Below, piece after piece: positions 15,542 through 24,094 of a stretch of DNA of 43,818 bases (positions are counted from its first letter, which is position 1; every line of letters begins with the position of its first letter). The stretch comes from a virus (Duplodnaviria > Caudoviricetes), in the IMG/VR virus record IMGVR_UViG_3300031965_000062, positions 1 to 43,818 of that record. The stretch is one strand, 5' to 3'. The notes beneath the pieces were generated by a model, which worked only from the letters and a program-made list of their open reading frames with translations, was not told the origin of the DNA and ran no database searches. Position numbers and translations under genes: made by a program.

Positions 15542-15758
15542 CGAATACGAAAACGTAGCCGTCTTTCACCGACCCGCCGACGAGTTTTCCAAACCACCCC
15601 ATTTTTTCGCACAGGGCTATCGCGGCCATGTGATAGGCCCCTAGTCGGTCTTGATTCCCCCTGGGAATCGTCACGCTGTTGCCGTCTTGGTCGAATGCCT
15701 TGAGTCGCGAGCCTTTGTAGTCTGTCGGCGCCAGATTCTTGACCGTGATCGCTTTCAT
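15519..15758 (-). CDS. Hypothetical early protein
   Basis: MKAITVKNLAPTDYKGSRLKA resembles a common small phage protein family; coupled start. Confidence 0.65.
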   Translation of the reverse strand: MKAITVKNLAPTDYKGSRLKAFDQDGNSVTIPRGNQDRLGAYHMAAIALCEKMGWFGKLVGGSVKDGYVFVFVGINDEG

Positions 15759-15970
15759 GGCGTCCCCTTTCTAGTTTGAGTTTGAATTTCACCGACCTTT
15801 GCAACAAGAACAAGGGCATTTTTGCCCTTGATCGACCCCCGCTGGAAGACGACTTGTAGCAGTTTCAAAACCTCGCGGGGCCTCATGCCACCCCACCAGA
15901 AATGAATGTAGCCTTCCCCGTCCATCGGGTCGACGGTGTGGTCGCCCCAGTCTACACACCATTCAGGCAT
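15755..15970 (-). CDS. Hypothetical early protein
   Basis: RBS GGAGG; coupled. Confidence 0.55.
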   Translation of the reverse strand: MPEWCVDWGDHTVDPMDGEGYIHFWWGGMRPREVLKLLQVVFQRGSIKGKNALVLVAKVGEIQTQTRKGTP

Positions 15971-16122
15971 TTCGAGCCTCCCACGACTTCGATCTTGAAC
16001 CCTTCATATTTCAGGGCATGGTCGAAGCTATAACAATGGTTCCGGTGAACGTATTGCAGACACTCGAAATAGCCGACGTTCGTCAGGATCTCGTTTCCGT
16101 CTCGTAGTAGGTTGTAGGTCAT
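15952..16122 (-). CDS. Hypothetical early protein
   Basis: ATGA overlap with the stop of the 451-aa gene. Confidence 0.55.
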   Translation of the reverse strand: MTYNLLRDGNEILTNVGYFECLQYVHRNHCYSFDHALKYEGFKIEVVGGSKCLNGV

Positions 16123-17474
16123 GATGCTTGCTCCCCTTCTTTCGCGTTTTCCACGCAATCGTCGCAGTCTCCGTAAAAGAGATCTGAGTTTACAAACTCC
16201 GTTTGGCAGACGGAACATGGGCTCGTATGAGCGATGCGACACGGCACGCAAACGTCGATGAAGTCTGATCCTTCGCGAATCTCCCTTTTATCTCCGGCGT
16301 AGTAAAAGATCTCATCGCAAATCGCGCACGTCCACGAGTGATTTTCGGCGCACGTGAGGCATAGTTCTTTATTGCCTTCATCCGTGCAGAGTCTGTAATC
16401 CTGTTGGTAGAACACGCCGCAGCGGTCGCATGAAAATACTCCGCTGGATTCGCAACACCCTTCGCACAGCCACACCTCGCCGCAACTCCCTCCAGTAATC
16501 ACGATCGTGCCGTCTCTTCTTGTCGTTTCCGAGCAGCCTTCACAGTAGTTCGCGTCTTCGCTCGCGCAAGGGGTGCAAAAGGGTTCGTCATCAACAATTA
16601 TGTAATCCTCCCTCGCTACTTCGTCACCGCAGCGCGCGCAGGGGTTGTCGTCGCCTATTAAACCGTGTTGGGCGTCAAGAGCGAATTCGCCGTCCTCCCG
16701 GAGTACTAGGTAGGCGCCACCTTCGATCGTAGCCTTTTCCTCTCCGTCCCAATAAGGCGCGGCGATCGCGCTTCCGTTCCTTATCAGCGCCAGTCTGGCC
16801 CCTTCGTACTGCGAGCATTCCGCGCTCGCCAAAGTGTACCCCTCCCTTATCAATCTCCCACGGAGGCGGAATTCGTCCCCGTATAACCTCGGTCCGAAGA
16901 TCTTTTTTGCGGGCCAGCAGACTGTTCTCGCGCTTATCTCCCCTCGACCGTTTTCTATGTAGGCGATTGCGAGGTCGCCCGCTGCGTAGGCTCGAACAGA
17001 GTTACAGCCGCTCATGCACGATCGCGGGCCTTTTAAGTAGACCTCCTCGATATCGTCCGCTTCAACTGCGAATTTCAGTTCCACGTCGCAGAAAGCCTCG
17101 CTAAAGACCCTCGACCATGACGTAATTTCGTCGAACGTCAGTACGTCGCCGAAATACTTGGTAAGGTAGCGGCCCGGTTTGATCGGGGTCTGAATGTCGG
17201 CCTGCCCTTTTTTCGACGATTGTGTGTACGCGATCAGACCAGGGTTTTTAAATGAGACATGGGCAATGTGTTTGCCGTGGTATCTGGAGGTGTAGAACCA
17301 GGTTTCGTATTCCCAGGGCAGCGGCGCATATTCGCCATTTCCAAACCTCCTCCATTCGCGATGGCGCCACGCGTAAAACTCTTGACGGCCCCACTCGCAC
17401 GCCTGACATAGCTCCGCCGAGAGCATCGACGTTACGGCCGGGTCGTGCCCGACGTGGACCGGAAGTTCACTCAC
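16119..17474 (-). CDS. 451-aa early protein with multiple C-terminal CxxC repeats
   Basis: IKPGRYL..GPRSCM..ARTVCW..RLYG N-terminal domain followed by about ten CxxC pairs. Confidence 0.8.
   Translation of the reverse strand: MSELPVHVGHDPAVTSMLSAELCQACEWGRQEFYAWRHREWRRFGNGEYAPLPWEYETWFYTSRYHGKHIAHVSFKNPGLIAYTQSSKKGQADIQTPIKPGRYLTKYFGDVLTFDEITSWSRVFSEAFCDVELKFAVEADDIEEVYLKGPRSCMSGCNSVRAYAAGDLAIAYIENGRGEISARTVCWPAKKIFGPRLYGDEFRLRGRLIREGYTLASAECSQYEGARLALIRNGSAIAAPYWDGEEKATIEGGAYLVLREDGEFALDAQHGLIGDDNPCARCGDEVAREDYIIVDDEPFCTPCASEDANYCEGCSETTRRDGTIVITGGSCGEVWLCEGCCESSGVFSCDRCGVFYQQDYRLCTDEGNKELCLTCAENHSWTCAICDEIFYYAGDKREIREGSDFIDVCVPCRIAHTSPCSVCQTEFVNSDLFYGDCDDCVENAKEGEQAS
16161..16379. repeat. 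Diverged ~200-bp duplication, copy A (copy B at 18092-18289)
   Basis: Long identical blocks, e.g. GTCGCAGTCTCCGTAAAAGAGATCTGAGTTTACAAACTCCGTTTG and GTAAAAGATCTCATCGCAAATCGCGCACGTCCACGAGTGATTTTCGGCGCACG. Confidence 0.95.
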
Positions 17475-17740
17475 TTACTCTTCCCCCTTAGCGCCTTCCG
17501 CTCAGCGCTGCGGACGCATTCGTTCAGGATGGAACGGGCCTCACGTTCGGCGACCCTCGCGTGATACTGGAGGCGCCGCGCCATGCAGTAAGCTACCTCA
17601 CACTCGGTATCGGTGGAGCAAGCCTGAACAGCGGGATGGCGCCTCACGTCCACTTCCCCCGCTTCCGCTTCGATTGCGCAGTGAATGAAGGCTCCGAATA
17701 GCGCGAAAACGGCCACAGCTTCGATTAGGTAGGATCTCAT
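17471..17740 (-). CDS. Hypothetical protein with an N-terminal hydrophobic or signal segment
   Basis: MRSYLIEAVAVFALFGAFIHCAIEAEA; ACSTDTEC. Confidence 0.55.
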   Translation of the reverse strand: MRSYLIEAVAVFALFGAFIHCAIEAEAGEVDVRRHPAVQACSTDTECEVAYCMARRLQYHARVAEREARSILNECVRSAERKALRGKSK

Positions 17741-17912
17741 CGCAGCGGCCCTTTCAACAGTCCACGTGATCGCACGACGAGACGCTGTAGCTCTTCCCGC
17801 TCGGCGGCGAAAACACGAAGTCCACGACGACCCACGCTAGGAATAGAATCCCGAGGATCGTCGTGATACTCTCGAACCACCCGCCAACGCCTTTCCAGTC
17901 GAACATTTCTCT

Positions 17913-18089
17913 TTACCCCTTATCCCACGGAGCACGAACCGAAATGATCGGCTCCGAGATTCCCCAGATTTCGCGCAAGACTCGTTTGGCTTCGTCCCTT
18001 GACTCCGCCGGGATCAGCACTTCATTCGAGGCGGTCGGTATGCCGTAGGCGACCAACCACATCGCGGCGCGCTTGGTAGTCGTGCTCAT
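17913..18089 (-). CDS. Small hypothetical early protein
   Basis: ATG 18089 with GGAG upstream. Confidence 0.5.
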   Translation of the reverse strand: MSTTTKRAAMWLVAYGIPTASNEVLIPAESRDEAKRVLREIWGISEPIISVRAPWDKG

Positions 18090-18091
18090 TA

Positions 18092-18289
18092 GTCGCAGTC
18101 TCCGTAAAAGAGATCTGAGTTTACAAACTCCGTTTGTCAGCCGCTCGTATGAGCGGTGTAACACGGCACGCAAACGCTGATGTAGTATGATCCTGCGCGA
18201 ACCTCCCTTTTATCTTCGGCGTAAAAGATCTCATCGCAAATCGCGCACGTCCACGAGTGATTTTCGGCGCACGGTTCTTTATTGCCTTC
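18092..18289. repeat. Diverged duplication, copy B
   Basis: Matches 16161-16379 with substitutions and short deletions. Confidence 0.95.
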
Positions 18290-18298
18290 GATTCTCAT
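18137..18298 (-). CDS. 53-aa Zn-ribbon-like first early gene derived from the C-terminus of the 451-aa protein
   Basis: RBS GGAGG; MRIEGNKEPCAENHSWTCAICDEIFYAEDKREVRAGSYYISVCVPC. Confidence 0.6.
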   Translation of the reverse strand: MRIEGNKEPCAENHSWTCAICDEIFYAEDKREVRAGSYYISVCVPCYTAHTSG

Positions 18299-18320
18299 TG
18301 CGTTTCCTCCCTTACTCTTC

Positions 18321-18349
18321 ATTTTGAGTGAGTGTCCACTCTCTGTCAA
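18321..18349 (-). promoter_or_regulatory. Sigma70-type early promoter (TTGACA-17 bp-CAAAAT)
   Basis: Perfect -35 at 18349-18344, 17-bp spacer, -10 CAAAAT at 18326-18321, directly upstream of the first early gene. Confidence 0.7.
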
Positions 18350-19014
18350 TAGGTATCGGAAAAAAAGGCGGGCGCTTGAGTCTTTTTTCGTTCGTCCCTT
18401 TTTTTCTTCCGCGCCCGGCCCCGCCCACCCTTCATATGTGAAACTAGATGAGATCGGCGTTTTCAGAGCGCTTCGTATATCGTCCCGTGAAACGCGAGGA
18501 AACGGCCTCGGAGGATCGCGTAGGACGAACGATCTCGGAGTGACTGGACCTAGACTACCTACCAAAACGGACTACGTGCAATAAACTGTACGCTAAGGCC
18601 GATAGCGTCTATTTCACTGGACGTAAGCGCGCAAAGGCTCGGAATCTGATCCCTTGCGACTTCGCCCGCGACGTGGTTCGCGACCCGAAGTCCGCGGTTC
18701 GAGCGGACCTATTTACATGAAACGTTCCAAAACGCGCCGTGGTTCGCGGACGGATCAAAACGCATCGCACCACCCGGTATCAGCGAAATACGCGCCGACA
18801 TTCACGAGCGACGCGACCCGAGACGGCCCGACTCGAACGAACGCGCGCCTGAGCCCGATCGACGCTCAACACGCGCTAGTCAGGTAGACTAGCGTATGCA
18901 ACTAGGGCCCTACGCGCACGAGACGCGTTCTCGCGACGCGTCGTTCGATTCTGCTTACGCACGCGCGCGCAGAATGAGACTTACTCGCGAAGTTGCCGAC
19001 GCACGCGCGCGCAA

Positions 19015-19068
19015 CCCCTATGGGGGTATTCGGCGGACTGCGCTATACGTATGCCCCTTCAGATTTTT
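19015..19068 (-). other. T7-like genome-end / terminal-repeat signature AAAAATCTGA-N32-CCCCCATAGGGG
   Basis: Motifs and spacing resemble the T7 terminal repeat start as recalled; lies in the non-coding gap between the last late gene and the early promoter. Confidence 0.6.
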
Positions 19069-19251
19069 GCAACAGAGACATCGCCCGGGAAAGAGGCGGC
19101 GAGGCCGAGCGTACCTGCGGTTCTAGGTGGAGCGCACCCCGCTGCGCTCACCGTTGCCGAAGCGAACGGTTGTTCCTCACGTCCCGAGTGCTGGGGAAGC
19201 TTCGGGGAGGAAGGGGCGCCTCGCGGATGAACGAGGCGGCGGTATGAGGGG

Positions 19252-19803
19252 CTACTCCGTGAAGCGGCCGAAGACTGACACCTGAAAAGACGGGTCAATC
19301 GTGCCGGCGCACACCAGCGCTCCCGCGCCGTCCAACACCTGAATGCCGAGCAAGTCGCCAGCGGCCAAGGTCAGACTCGAAAGCTGCGGAGTCGCGGTCA
19401 CAGACTGAGCGGCGGCGTCCGTCGCGAGGGTTTGTGCCACCCCGGCGTTGGTCCCGTCCACATCGGCGTTGACGATGCAGCCGTAGCCCGCGTCTCCTGC
19501 CACAACGACAGTCGTGACGATCTTCGTCACTTCAAAGGCGGCGGGGACGCTGAACTGATTGAGAAGGACGTTGTCGCACGCAACGGTTACTACCGCGGCG
19601 CCCGTCGTCTCGTCGAGTCCTTCGACATACAAGCACTCGTCATCGGCGTCGAGAGTGCCGTTGAAGGTGACGAGGACCACTTCATTTGACGCCTCCCGGA
19701 TGATGAGGCGATCCGCGACTTCCCGGGGCGTGCTCGCGGCGAACGAAAGGCCCGCGATCAGCGCACAGAACGCGATTACGATGCCGAACTTGAGGAACTT
19801 CAT
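19252..19803 (-). CDS. Signal-peptide protein with a single Cys-containing beta-rich domain
   Basis: MKFLKFGIVIAFCALIAGLSFA signal; paralogous to the C-terminus of 19966-21300. Confidence 0.8.
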   Translation of the reverse strand: MKFLKFGIVIAFCALIAGLSFAASTPREVADRLIIREASNEVVLVTFNGTLDADDECLYVEGLDETTGAAVVTVACDNVLLNQFSVPAAFEVTKIVTTVVVAGDAGYGCIVNADVDGTNAGVAQTLATDAAAQSVTATPQLSSLTLAAGDLLGIQVLDGAGALVCAGTIDPSFQVSVFGRFTE

Positions 19804-19965
19804 GGGTAGATCTCCTGCCTAGAGTCTAGGTGATATCGCCTAGATCTTGGGTGTTGGGTGTTGCGTGAAGATGGACGTAGAGGACATGCCCCCTACGACC
19901 GAAAACTCCTGAGTGCGCGCACTCGGGAGGGACCAAGCCGACCGTAACCGGCGTTGGCGAAGAAC

Positions 19966-21300
19966 TTACTCGGTCCAGTAGCCGTAGATGTTAACCGCGA
20001 AACGGGGGTTCGTGCCGGCGTCGCAGATCAGAGCGTCTTCCCCGTCAAGAACCTGAATCTCGAACTTCCCATCAGCGGCCAGGTTAAAGGTTTGGTTCGA
20101 CGTAGTAACTGTTCCTAGAGCAGCACTAGTCGCGATCGTGATCGCCGAACCTATAGGACTGTCGTCGATCAACGGTTGGACGATGCATCCGTAGCCCGCA
20201 TCGCTGGCTAAAACAATGGTTACGGCGATCTTCGTGACAGTGGCGCTTTGTGGCACCCAATAAGATGACAAGAAGTTTCCGCACGCAGCCGTGGTAGACC
20301 CCGTGCCGGACTGTGTAATAGGGAAGAGACATTCGTCATCGGTGTCGAGAGCCCCTACGAATGCCGTTAAGACTACTTCACGCGAAATCTTCAAACAGAT
20401 CCACTCGGAACCAGTATCGTAGAGAGTCTCTCCCGTCTCACACAAGGCAGGGTCGAGGTCGGTGACTTCGTTCACAAGGCCGTGGAACAGCCCAATCGAC
20501 GAGGAGCGGACCCCCCGCGGCGTGCTGCCGGCGAGGTAGAACCCGACCATGACCGAGGCGTTATCGACTCCAACGGCGGTAGGGTCGGAAGAAGTCGAAG
20601 TCGCCGCGGTCTCGATCTTGAACTCGGCGCGGGCTCCCATCGACGTGCCAGCGACTCCGGTGTCGCCGGTAGCTCCGACTGCCGTGAAGCCGGTGAAGGT
20701 GGCGCTAGGGGTCCACGTTTCGTCAAGAGCTTCAACGCCCGTGCCCCTCACAAACAGGTACGACCGGGAGGTTCCCGTCGCCAGCACCATCGCTGCCGGG
20801 TCAGCAGCGTCCACTGCTTGACCTTCCGCCGCGGCAACTTTGAGCAAGGACCCCTGGTCGGCGGAGAACTCCCAGCAGGTAGCGGCGCTGGCCGTGGCGG
20901 TGGGGAACGTGAACGTGATGTCGGCGCCCGAGGCTAGAGTGTCGGTCGCATGGGTGTAGTAGACGGCCGTGCAGGCCCCGGTGGCGGGCGAAGCGTCCTG
21001 CATGTTGCAGTACTCGTAGGCTTCGTTCCAAAGGTTACCGGCGTCGTCCACGGCGGAGGTGAACTCCCCGTTACCGGACCCGTCAGTCGTCCCGGTCCCC
21101 GTTTCATCCTTCGCGACCGAGCAGACTGCGACGTTCCCGGCTTCCAAAGCGGCCGTGGTCGTCACCGCGAGAGTGGTCCCCGCGCTGATATCGCCCGCGA
21201 CGCCCAAGGTGCCAACGCTCGACAGCTCGAAGGAGAGGGCCGGGCTCGCGACAAGAAGCGCGAAGGCCGTGAAAAGCGTTACCTGAGTTCTGTTCCGCAT
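19966..21300 (-). CDS. Signal-peptide, Ala/Thr/Gly-rich beta-sandwich protein (candidate receptor-binding or surface protein)
   Basis: MRNRTQVTLFTAFALLVASPALS signal; C-terminal domain shared with 19252-19803. Confidence 0.75.
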   Translation of the reverse strand: MRNRTQVTLFTAFALLVASPALSFELSSVGTLGVAGDISAGTTLAVTTTAALEAGNVAVCSVAKDETGTGTTDGSGNGEFTSAVDDAGNLWNEAYEYCNMQDASPATGACTAVYYTHATDTLASGADITFTFPTATASAATCWEFSADQGSLLKVAAAEGQAVDAADPAAMVLATGTSRSYLFVRGTGVEALDETWTPSATFTGFTAVGATGDTGVAGTSMGARAEFKIETAATSTSSDPTAVGVDNASVMVGFYLAGSTPRGVRSSSIGLFHGLVNEVTDLDPALCETGETLYDTGSEWICLKISREVVLTAFVGALDTDDECLFPITQSGTGSTTAACGNFLSSYWVPQSATVTKIAVTIVLASDAGYGCIVQPLIDDSPIGSAITIATSAALGTVTTSNQTFNLAADGKFEIQVLDGEDALICDAGTNPRFAVNIYGYWTE

Positions 21301-21331
21301 GAAAAGCGTGTCTCCGTTGTGAAAAGTGGAA

Positions 21332-23068
21332 CTACTGACGTTCGGACGTGAGTCTATCACCCCACGTTTTTGCTCGTTTGCTCTTCCCGAGAATTCCTTC
21401 CTCGAACTTGAGAAGCTCTTCCTCTAGGCGCTCTGCCTGACGGTCCTTTACCTGGTCCGAGGTGTCGGTATTCAACTGATCCGAGAGCCAGCCGAGGCCG
21501 CCCGCGAGGCAGTCGATCCAGTCGTCGTACTTGAGGCAGCCGCGATCCTTGGTTAGACGGGTCATTTGATAGAAGCCGCTCTTCAACGCGGCGTCTGGAT
21601 CAAGGGAAGCCTCTTTCTTCACGACGATCCGCTTTACCAGCGCCTCGTCGATGATGAGTCGGTGGCCTGAGAGGACGGGCTCGATCGTTTGGATGGCCCT
21701 GATCTCTTTCTGCCCGTGAACCGTGTGATCCTCGACGCCCGCGCCTTCTTGCACGTCGCCGTCGGGTCGCTTGAACTTCACGATCTTCTGCACGATGGGG
21801 CGTAGAAGCTGGGCGTACATGCCATTGCCGAAGTTGTCTTCGACGATGATGCGCTGAACCTTCAGGTCTCGCGCGATTGTCGCGAGCTTCGCGAGAACCG
21901 CGGACTCGTACCCTCCATCTATCCCGCCCCAATCAACGATGAAGACCATGCCGTTGAGGACTTTGAGGACGATGTAGGCGGTTTGGTCTCGGCCGCGGCC
22001 GGACGGGTCGATGTACATCAAGGTCGTCTGGAAAGGGGAGAACTTCTCGGACACTTTCATAGGCTGCTGAAAGCGATCGCCGACCAGACCCACGCGAGGC
22101 AGGTGCTCAAGGGTGTTCTCGTCGCTGCCGCTCCAGACCAAGTAGTCGGGCGCGACGTCGACATCGATGTCGGTGACGATCAGGTCGCGCGTCTTGAGCG
22201 GGTGCGCGTCTTCGTCGCTCAGGCTGGTGTCCAGCATGAACTGAAGCGCATACCCGGCGCGGCCGTACTCCACGAGACGGGCGGCAAGCTCGCTGTTGTC
22301 GAAGCGGGCGGGGTCGATCGGTTCCCCGGGGATGAAGCCTCCCTCCAGGACGAAGGGCGCCAGGTTGCCGCGGTATCGGCTCGTCTCTTCGGGCATCTGA
22401 GCCGGCCAGATTCGGATTTCGTACCCGTGCTCTTCGAGGCCGACGTAGAGAGAGTCTTCGACCTGAGGGGTTCCCAGGAAGATGACGCCGCCCGTCTTGT
22501 TCTGAGACTCGGGGGTCAGCACGGCGCCGCCAAGCTCGGCCACACGGACCGCCAGCTTCTCGCGCTGTGTCGCGGTCTCGGAATTGTTAGGGACTTCGGC
22601 GTCGTCGCAGATGATGTGGTCGGCGCGGGAGCCCGCGATCTGGCCCGTGATGCCGACACTCTTCACGCTGGGGGCGTGGGCGGGGCGGCAGCCGCGGACG
22701 TCGAAGGCGACATTCGAGTCGCGGTCAACGCGGGGGTCGGGGGTGAGGTGCGAGAGGAAGGCGACCTCGGCCAGCAGGCGCTTCGTGAAGATCGAGAAGG
22801 AATCGGCGCGCTCTTTGGAGGCCGATACCACGAGGATCTTCAACTCGGGGTTGTTCCACAGCAGCCAAAGGACGAAAGCGGAGGTGATCCACGACTTTCC
22901 CTCGCCGCGGAAGGCGAGAATGCACTTCCGGCGCGGGCCAGTCTGGAGGTAGCGGGCGATATCGTACTGTGCGGGAGTCGGCGACGGCAGTCCGAGGTGC
23001 TTCCAGATCAGGTACAGGAAGACCCGGAAGTCTCCGCGCGCTTGGGCGAGTACGGCATCCGAGGGCAT
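21332..23068 (-). CDS. Terminase large subunit (T7 gp19-like)
   Basis: AFRGEGKSWIT, VVSASKERA, SVGITGQIAGSRADHIICDD, LGTPQ, IDPSGRGRD, YDDWIDCLA. Confidence 0.97.
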   Translation of the reverse strand: MPSDAVLAQARGDFRVFLYLIWKHLGLPSPTPAQYDIARYLQTGPRRKCILAFRGEGKSWITSAFVLWLLWNNPELKILVVSASKERADSFSIFTKRLLAEVAFLSHLTPDPRVDRDSNVAFDVRGCRPAHAPSVKSVGITGQIAGSRADHIICDDAEVPNNSETATQREKLAVRVAELGGAVLTPESQNKTGGVIFLGTPQVEDSLYVGLEEHGYEIRIWPAQMPEETSRYRGNLAPFVLEGGFIPGEPIDPARFDNSELAARLVEYGRAGYALQFMLDTSLSDEDAHPLKTRDLIVTDIDVDVAPDYLVWSGSDENTLEHLPRVGLVGDRFQQPMKVSEKFSPFQTTLMYIDPSGRGRDQTAYIVLKVLNGMVFIVDWGGIDGGYESAVLAKLATIARDLKVQRIIVEDNFGNGMYAQLLRPIVQKIVKFKRPDGDVQEGAGVEDHTVHGQKEIRAIQTIEPVLSGHRLIIDEALVKRIVVKKEASLDPDAALKSGFYQMTRLTKDRGCLKYDDWIDCLAGGLGWLSDQLNTDTSDQVKDRQAERLEEELLKFEEGILGKSKRAKTWGDRLTSERQ

Positions 23069-23080
23069 GGGTTTGTCATC

Positions 23081-23431
23081 CTAGGGGGGACAGGGGATCT
23101 CTTTCAGGTCATCGTGGCAGTGACGCCATTCCTTCCCGAGGACTCCCACGTCAGAAAAGCCGACCACTCCGTCGCCATCCACGTCGGCGTTCAGGTGCCA
23201 AACGAGCGTCAGGGGGTCGCTGGGAGGTCCAACGTTCCCAGAGGCGTCCCGACCGACGACGTAGACCTCGTAGGGCGCGTACAGGAACGGCCTACAGACT
23301 TGGTAGGAGGGATCGGACACCGTAGCGGCGATCGCCCCTCCAGCGTGAACGTCGTAAGTCTCAGCACCCTGCGCCGGCTCCCAAGCAATCAGAGCGCAAG
23401 TGACGATCAGGGTCTCAAACACCGCCGCCAC
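23081..23431 (-). CDS. FN3-like plus dockerin/EF-hand-like small protein
   Basis: YEVYVVGRDASGNVGPPS (FN3-like end); ADVDGDGVVGFSD (dockerin-type Ca loop). Confidence 0.6.
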   Translation of the reverse strand: MAAVFETLIVTCALIAWEPAQGAETYDVHAGGAIAATVSDPSYQVCRPFLYAPYEVYVVGRDASGNVGPPSDPLTLVWHLNADVDGDGVVGFSDVGVLGKEWRHCHDDLKEIPCPP

Positions 23432-23825
23432 GCTCGCTGCGTTCTACGCGGCCGCGCTCGTTCCTCTCGCTTCGGTGGCGTTTTTGTCGCCTCTCGGGAC
23501 GAGGATTGTCAACGATCGGCGACTTCTCGGGTTGTAATCGTTCGGCGACTTGCGGCAGTTCACGTTTTTCGGGAACGAATGCGTAATCGTCCCGGGTGAA
23601 GCGCTCGTAGTCGCTGAGGGGAGTGACGATGCGAGTCTCTGGCTGGACGCCTCTCGGCACGCGAGCCGCATCGTCGGTGAACGAGGCGGTCCCGTCGCGG
23701 TCGATCCAGCCGTAGACCGTGGTATCCGCTGTCGCGAGGGTAGCGCAGAGAAACTCGATCAGGAGGACGAGAAGGGCGTATGTTCCGGCGGCTGAGCCGG
23801 GCGTACCTGCGGTTTCTCGGCTCAT
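23415..23825 (-). CDS. DUF4124-like exported protein
   Basis: Hydrophobic segment then TVYGWIDRDGTASFTDD..VP. Confidence 0.6.
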   Translation of the reverse strand: MSRETAGTPGSAAGTYALLVLLIEFLCATLATADTTVYGWIDRDGTASFTDDAARVPRGVQPETRIVTPLSDYERFTRDDYAFVPEKRELPQVAERLQPEKSPIVDNPRPERRQKRHRSERNERGRVERSERGGGV

Positions 23826-24094
23826 TTGAGTTTCCCCGCCTCGACCCTTGCCGCCTCCGCACGCGCTTTGTCGGCGCCGCGACGGGCGATTGCCAGCTCT
23901 TCCGGGGTGAAGTTCCAATCGCGGTCTCCCGCGGCGGGGGAAAGCTCGGTCGGCTGAGTAACCGGGGCCGGTGGGGTGGGCTCCGCTGCGGGAAACGAAG
24001 CAGCTTCGGTGATCTCCAGCTCTTTCAGGAGCTTGTCGTTGTGAAGGTTGAACGAACTGCGGTCCGTCGAGCGCACCTTCTTTTTCTCGGCCAT
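23822..24094 (-). CDS. Hypothetical protein
   Basis: Directly follows the endolysin. Confidence 0.55.
   Translation of the reverse strand: MAEKKKVRSTDRSSFNLHNDKLLKELEITEAASFPAAEPTPPAPVTQPTELSPAAGDRDWNFTPEELAIARRGADKARAEAARVEAGKLK

Noticed and set aside
16161-18289. Duplicated segment as a DGR template/variable repeat pair
   Set aside because: Differences are not adenine-specific, include indels, and no reverse transcriptase is present.
18430-18730. Several GTGAAAC/ATGAAAC words as parS sites
   Set aside because: Only half-sites, no full palindrome, and no parA/parB genes.
21983-23599. Long plus-strand ORFs (538 aa here; also 31723-32742, 9135-9878 and others)
   Set aside because: Antisense shadows of well-supported minus-strand genes in GC-rich DNA, with no recognisable motifs.
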